From Rozella allomycis CSF55 (lineage: Eukaryota), in contig KE561130.1 of assembly GCA_000442015.1 (NCBI GenBank), forward strand, positions 1 to 64,000: 64,000 nucleotides of DNA, written 5' to 3'. The translations under genes were made by a program, and so were the position numbers. Shown here piece by piece: positions 56,896 to 64,000 of this stretch. The notes beneath the pieces were generated by a model. It ran no database searches, was not told the DNA's origin, and saw nothing but the letters and a program-made list of their open reading frames with translations. Within the stretch, counting starts at the first letter, position 1; each line of letters opens with the position of its first letter.

Positions 56896-58989
56896 ATGAT
56901 GCAACGATACCTACTTTCGCGAACAATTAATGCTTTTAGACCATTTAGGTAATTGTGAAATGAAAGAAATAACAATAGCACTAAAGCCCAAGGAGCAGTT
57001 ATTGGAGTTGACTTGGGTACAACATTTTCTTGTGTGGCAGCCATGGAAGGAAAGACACCAAGAATTATAGAGAACAGTGAGGGAGCGAGAACGACTCCAT
57101 CAGTGGTGGCATTTACCAAGGAGGGGGAGTTGCTAGTGGGACAGCCAGCTAGACGCCAAGTAAAAAGTGAGGTTGTATGAGATAGGCTGTTGTTAACCCT
57201 GAAAACACAGTGTATGCAGCGAAGAGATTGATAGGACGCAAGTTTGAAGATCCAGCAGTGCAGAGAGATTTGAAGACTGTTTCATATAAGATAGTGAGAC
57301 ATAATAATGGGGATGCATGGATAGAGGCTGGTGGCAAGAAGTATTCACCGAGTCAAATTGGAGGATTTGTGTTGGGAAAGATGAAGGAAACAGCCGAGGC
57401 GTATTTGGGAAAGAAGGTAGTGAATGCGGTAGTGACTGTGCCTGCGTATTTTAATGATGCGCAAAGACAAGCGACTAAAGATGCAGGAAAGATTGCAGGG
57501 TTGGATGTGTTGAGAGTTATTAACGAACCAACCGCTGCGGCGCTAGCGTATGGAATGGACAAGTCTGGAGATCGAGTAGTTGCTGTTTATGATTTGGGTA
57601 ATTTGGTGATTGATTGTTGATGAAGGTGGAGGAACATTTGATATAAGTATTTTGGATATCCAGAATGGAGTGTTTGAGGTTAGATCAACTAATGGAGATA
57701 CGCATTTGGGAGGAGAAGATTTTGATCATCAATTGTTGGAATATATTTGTTCAGAATTTAAGAAGAGTTCAGGGGTTGATATTTCAAAAGATAAAATGGC
57801 ACTTCAAAGAGTTAGAGAAGCAGCTGAGAAGGCGAAGATTGAATTGTCGAGTTCTTTGCAAACAGAAATCAACTTGCCATACATTTCAGCCAATGCAAGT
57901 GGGCCAGTCCATTTGAATATTAACTTGACAAGATCTAAATTTGAATCCCTTGTCAATAATTTAATTGAAAGAACAAAAACACCATGTGAGAAAGCAATTA
58001 AAGATGCTGGATTGACTGTTGATAAGATTAGTGAAGTTATTCTAGTTGGAGGAATGACCAGGGTACCTAAAGTGCAAGAAACAGTTAAAAATTTATTTAA
58101 GAAAGATCCATCGAAAGGAGTTAATCCAGATGAGGCTGTGGCTACAGGAGCAGCGATCCAAGGTGGTGTTTTAGCTGGAGACGTTAAAGATGTGTTGTTG
58201 TTGGATGTGACGCCTCTTTCTCTTGGTAATTTGAATTGGATTTATTAATGAAAGGAATTGAAACGTTGGGTGGAGTTTTCACGAGATTGATTACAAGAAA
58301 CACGACGATTCCAACGAAAAAGTCTCAAGTGTTTTCAACAGCCGCCGATGGTCAAACGCAAGTAGAAATTAGAGTCTTTCAAGGAGAAAGAGAATTAGTC
58401 AAAGATAATAAACTTTTAGGTTCCTTCAATCTTGTTGGAATACCACCTGCTCCACGTGGGGTTCCTCAGATTGAAGTCACCTTTGACATTGACGCTGATG
58501 GAATTGTTAATGTCTCTGCTAAAGATAAAGCCACAAATAAAGATCAATCTATCACAATTGTGGCGTCTGGTGGCTTGTCTAAAGATGAAATTGAAAAAAT
58601 GGTTCATGACTCTGAACAATACGCTGAAGCTGATAAAAAGAAAAAGGAAGCAATTGAATCCATCAACTCTGCCGAATCTTTCATTGCAGAAGTTGAAAAA
58701 AGTTTGAATGAATACAAGGATCAATTAGATCAAGAAAAGGCAAATCAATTGAAATCAAGCATTGAAGAATTAAGAGTCCTAATGAAAGAATCTGAAGACC
58801 CCGAAGCTATCAATTCCAAAGTTCACGAAGTCAAACAATCTTCTCTAGCTCTATTTGAATTGGTTTACAAGAATGTAAATTTATTTCTTCTTTTTAATTT
58901 AGCGTGCAAATGCAAACAACTCTTCTTCTTCCTCTGAATCTTCATCAAACCAAGATGCTGACTTTAAAGATGCAAACAATGCAAAATAA
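56896..58989 (+). CDS. SSC1: Mitochondrial Hsp70
   Basis: Basic presequence, [49 protein letters not shown]. Confidence 0.96.
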
Positions 58990-59133
58990 TCATTCACAAA
59001 TAAATTAAACTTGTATCACTATTAAGAATTTACTTATATGCGATTTGATTGGATTATTGTTTTTTAGAATACAATGTTTTAAGGAATCTTTTTATTTTCT
59101 ATTTCTTTTCTTACAATCTCCTTTGTGGCTTGG

Positions 59134-62100
59134 ATGTCATTTCTATTGTTCGCTACGCTTCTTTTTCAATTGTTTTTATTAATTTCAGCATATTCTGTCA
59201 ATTCAAGATTAGAAGCTCATTGGCTAAACTCGTTAACATTGGAAGCATATCATTTCTTTTCCTTTGACCAAGAATCTTTCATATCTTTTCTTTCCACTGC
59301 ACACAATCAAAAACAAGAATACGAAAATATTCTCACATTTACAAGGAAAAAGTATCCATTGCTTGAGCCCTACTTGAATTTCACTCTCTCTTCCAGGCTC
59401 TTTGCCCCTCTAGTTTCAAGTACTCTGATTACATGCAATAATAATTCATTAATTGCTGCTAAATGCCATGATGAATGGAATTGCTTTTCATCAATATCTG
59501 ATATATCAAATTTGAAATGTACAGATATTGCTGGAAGATTCAACAATATTGAATTTGTAGACTTTATCAAACAAAATAGTCACTTGAAATTGCATTTATT
59601 AAATAATTTGAATTCCGAATTTAATGATGCTCTGAACCCTTCAAAATTTGCACTTTCTGGTTATGGGGTTGAATTAGTGGTAAAAAATTCAGAGTATCTT
59701 GTGTTGGATGATTTGAAATTTAAAGATTTTATAAAAGATAAAGAATTCAATAAACTTATTGAGAACAATGATGAGCAAATAGATGAGAAAGTTAGTGAAT
59801 TGTTGAGTGACCCTAAAATTCATACATTGAATTCAACTGAAAATGAAATGGCAATCAATGGGATCTTTTCTATTTTAAAAGACTCTTATAACTTTTTAAA
59901 TGATTTAACAACAATTTCCCATAATTATCCAATTGTCATTCCACATTTGCTCAAAAGTGCCAAAAGGAAAAAGATACGAAAATATGAAAGGGATGTTTTA
60001 TTTTTGAATAATATTCCTCTTGATATGAATCAAATTAATTTATTCCAGTAATAGTTTTGAATGAAATGAATAGTTTAATTAGTTACTTGAATTCCATAAA
60101 GATACTTGAAGTAGTTTGTAAAAAGGTTTGGAATAAAGATATTGGAAGAATAATTAAAGAATTTAGGGGAATGAAATTGATATCTCCCAGATTTGATATT
60201 CCAGTTGAGAAATGCATAACGATATCGGATGTTGAAAGAGATAAGAGATTTAAGCATTTTTCAAGGGATATAAGCAGAGTAAGTTTTTAATTTAAAATTT
60301 AAAGATATTTTATCCATTTAATGGACCGTTGATTCCCATTAGATTCAATATGGCAACTCTTGTGTATGTGTTTGATATTTCGGACAATGAACAGTATAAA
60401 GAGATTTTAGATTCTCTGGTGTTTCTTGTGCAAAATACAATTCCCTTGAGAATATTAATTTTGCCGTTTGCGACGAATGATTTTGATTTAATAAATTTGG
60501 TTTCAATTTCTGAAATTTCGAGTCCAAAGAAGATTATTGAAATTTTGAAAGATTTGAAATCAAATAAAGAAAAAGAAGAAATTAATGAAAACATTGAAAA
60601 GATTAAAATTTGGAATGAAATTGGAAGAAAATTTTCTGGATTTAAAAAGAATTCATTTTTTCTTAATGGAAGAGAAATTTTGATTGAAACTTTTGAGGTA
60701 AAAATGTTTTTTTAATTAGAAAGCCAAATTCTATATATTCATCTGTGGCTAATGCATTTGAAAAAGATCTTGAATTTTTTCAATCTAGATTTGAAAGTTT
60801 GGATTTAAAGACAAATTTTTATGAATTAATATTAAATTCAGATAAAAGATTTAATTTTAATTATCCATTATTTTTCAAGTCTATTAATTATTTAGAATTT
60901 TCCAATTTAAAGCAAGTTTTGTGGATAAAGGAAAAGTCATTGCCAGGAAAGATTATGATTTTTGCGAATTCTAAAATTTCATTTAAATTTGAATTGAAAA
61001 AAGAATTTAATTTAATTTTAGATGAATTTTTAGATTATAAATTGGCGATTAATTCATTTGCTATTAATGGAAGAATATTTGAGCTTGAAGATTCAGAATT
61101 GACGAGAGAAATATTTGATTTGGCTTTGGAGATTTATTTGTACGAGACGAGAGAGAATAACTTTGGCGATGAAAAGTGGTGTACTAAAAGTGGTGAAAAG
61201 TGGTGTATTAAAAATGGTAAAAAGAGTGAGGAGTGTATTAAATGCAATTGTATAGAATGTGTTGATTGTGGATGTGATTATCGCGATGAAGAAAGTGTTA
61301 TTACTTCTACTATACCTGCTAATGATTCTACTATACCTGCTAATGATTCTACTTTGAATAATTGTAAGTCTAACTCATTGATAGCAGTCGCTTTGGGTAC
61401 GCTGCAAAATCAATTTAAATTGCTTCCAACAAGAGATGAAAGAAACGAAGAAATAAAATTTGATCTTTTTGTAAACCAAAAATGTTTGTTTTGCTTTAAA
61501 TGGATTTCAACGCCATTGTCCAAATCAACTCTTTCTCTTTCTAAAATATTTAAAGAATTAACCACTAGCAATGAAATTGGAGTCTCATTTGGATTTAATG
61601 CAAATAATATTCAGAAATTTGAATCTAATCGAATCTATAGATTTGTTTTTTCATCCAAGCCACAATTTGATCTAGAAAAGTAAAAAAAATAATTTTAATT
61701 AAAAGTAAATTAATTCTAGATTACGCAAAGTTTGAAAATGTTCCAATGGAGACTCTGTTTACTTTGAATTATGATGTTATTCATGAGTGGATTGTAGTTC
61801 CAGAGAAGGGAGAAGATGACTTTGATAACATTAAACTATCCTTGCTAAGAAAGAATGTTTACAGCATTTACAAACTATCAAATATTTTAACACAAGGCCA
61901 AGCTATAGATGAAACCAACATGGATTATCCAAAGGGTCTGGAGATCCAAATGGGGATCAACAAGATTAAAAATATTCAAGCATCAAATGGTGAAAGTGTA
62001 AATACATCAAACATCGATACAATCGTCATGTACAATCTCGGCTACTTTCAACTAAAAACAAACCCCGGCAGTTGGTTCATTTCACTTTGCAATGGAAAAT

Positions 62101-63379
62101 CATCCGATTTCTTCTCTATAACTTTTCCCACAAATATTCTAGTAAATAAATTTCATGGATCATCCGTCTTACTAAAATTAAAACGCAACAAGGGAAAAGA
62201 ATATTTAGACTTTAACAAAGAACCTTCAAATGTTTCCATCTGGAAATTTCTTGCAAATAAAATTCCATTCTTGAAAAATGAAAATAAATCAAAAGCAGAA
62301 ATTAACATTTTTTCTGTTGCGTCTGGCCATCTTTATGAACGAATGCTAAGAATTATGATCAAAAGCGTTGTTTCCAACACAAAGTCTTCTGTCAAGTTTT
62401 GGTTCATTGAAAGCTTTCTTTCCCCAACATTCAAAGTATTTCAACTAATCTCATTTAACTAGAAAACAATCCCCTTCTTGGCTAAAGAATACAATTTCAT
62501 CTATGAAATGGTGGCTTATAAGTGGCCCACGTGGCTTAGAGATCAGAAAGAAAAACAAAGAAAAATTTGGGGCTACAAAATTTTATTTCTCGATGTTCTT
62601 TTTCCTCTAGATCTCGATAAAATAATCTTCGTTGACGCAGATCAAGTAAATTTCTCAATCTATTTATATCTTGATTGTTAGGGCGGATCTTAAAGAATTA
62701 ATTAATTTAGATCTCCATGGGGCTCCTTACGCCTTCACTCCGTTTTGCGACTCTAGAGAAGACATGCAAAATTTTAGATTCTGGAATCATGGCTACTGGA
62801 AATCTTTCCTCGGCGATAATTTAAAATACCACATTAGGTACAAAATTATGTCTCCTTAAATCTAAGCGCCCTGTTTGTCGTTGATCTAAAAAGATTCAGA
62901 GAAATTGCGGCAGGCGATTTGTTGCGCCAAACTTACCACTCTCTATCGCTAGATCCCAATTCTTTGGCAAATCTAGATCAAGATCTACCAAATCACATGC
63001 AACAATTTGGTCTTAAAATTCATTCTCTCCCTCAAGAATGGCTGTGGTGCGAAACTTGGTGTGACGACAAATCTCTTTCAACTGCAAAAACAATCGATCT
63101 CGTAATCAAACTCTTTCACTCTTATAGTGCAACAATCCAAAAACTAAAGAGCCAAAACTGGATCGTGCAAGACGCTTAATTCCTGAATGGAACATTTACG
63201 ACAATGAACTCACAAATCTACTACTATTCATTCAAAAAGCACTTGAAATTTACCCTCAAAATTATTTATTAGAAAACTGGAATTATATTCGCCAAAATAA
63301 ATTTCATCTTGAACTTTATCCCGCTGTCTACAATTTTAAGCCCCATCTCAGCCACTTTTTAAGATGGACTCGAGACTGA
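59134..63379 (+). CDS. UDP-glucose:glycoprotein glucosyltransferase (UGGT)
   Basis: Signal peptide; [60 protein letters not shown]. Genomic stop at 63377-79 (see finding). Confidence 0.92.
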
Positions 63380-64000
63380 GACCACAAAGTGACTCATTCT
63401 TAAACAACTTTTTTCTACATGCCCCTTCTCCAAAATCAAACTCTGCTCTCGATGACTTCATTTCTCAATATTCTGGAACTCGCTCTTCAACGCCAGTCGA
63501 AAAATTTTTACAGAGACCTCAAACAGAAATGATATCCAAAAATGACTCTACAAACTTTGATAAATTATTCGATGATTTAAAATATCACGAAAATATGTTC
63601 CAAACAATGGCAAAAGCTAGACTTTGTCACACCTTCCAAGAAGAACTAAATGATATCAATGTTTGGTTCAAAGTACTGTCAGATGCTGAAAAAATAACTC
63701 TTATCTATTCTCTTATTCATCATTTAAGCCCTTTACACACAGTAACAACCATCACTATATATAATTATAGCGCTTTTTGAGTTCCGTTTTGCTTCGTGTA
63801 AATAACGAAATTCCAACACCCGCAGAATCTCCAATATCGAGAAACAGTATTCTTTCCTTAATATTCAATAATAGATGAAGAAAAAACCAACAGTTTACGG
63901 ACTGGAAGTTTAAAACGGCTCAGTAGTCGCCTCTACGATAGATCAGTAACTTCCTTGATGGAATGTAAGATTTACATGATTTTAAAAGTAGCACTATCAT
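63364..64000 (+). CDS. Vts1/Smaug-like RNA-binding protein, N-terminal part (runs off window)
   Basis: [23 protein letters not shown]...YSL resembles the fungal Vts1 N-terminal domain. Confidence 0.65.

Overview
AT-rich, very gene-dense eukaryotic scaffold with about 40 protein genes, intergenic gaps often under 100 bp, and many ultra-short (about 25-35 nt) GT-AG introns. Fungal-type housekeeping genes sit beside genes absent from yeasts (PDE9, CCP deglutamylase, SAM-kinesin-13, SNAPC4, ZFPL1). This suggests a zoosporic early-diverging fungus or cryptomycete such as Rozella (inference). Single-N junctions and one long N gap show a stitched assembly, and a 5.3-kb mosaic block interrupts SEC23. 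Main finding: the four 'long' introns of RPC1 are each a head-to-tail stack of 2-5 complete mini-introns (GT...AG|GT...AG) with zero-length exons, suggesting recursive splicing. Other leads: a UGGT stop codon possibly created by polyadenylation (giving ...HLEL*), an snR54-like C/D snoRNA in the RPL29 5'UTR intron with a possible second U6 guide, a minimal FLASH-like protein, an ACCCTGG motif just before start codons, a GT-TG or exonised intron, a Uma2-like nuclease with zinc finger and NLS, and a dispersed element carrying telomere-like repeats. All family assignments come from motif recognition, not database searches. CDS coordinates are whole-gene spans including introns.
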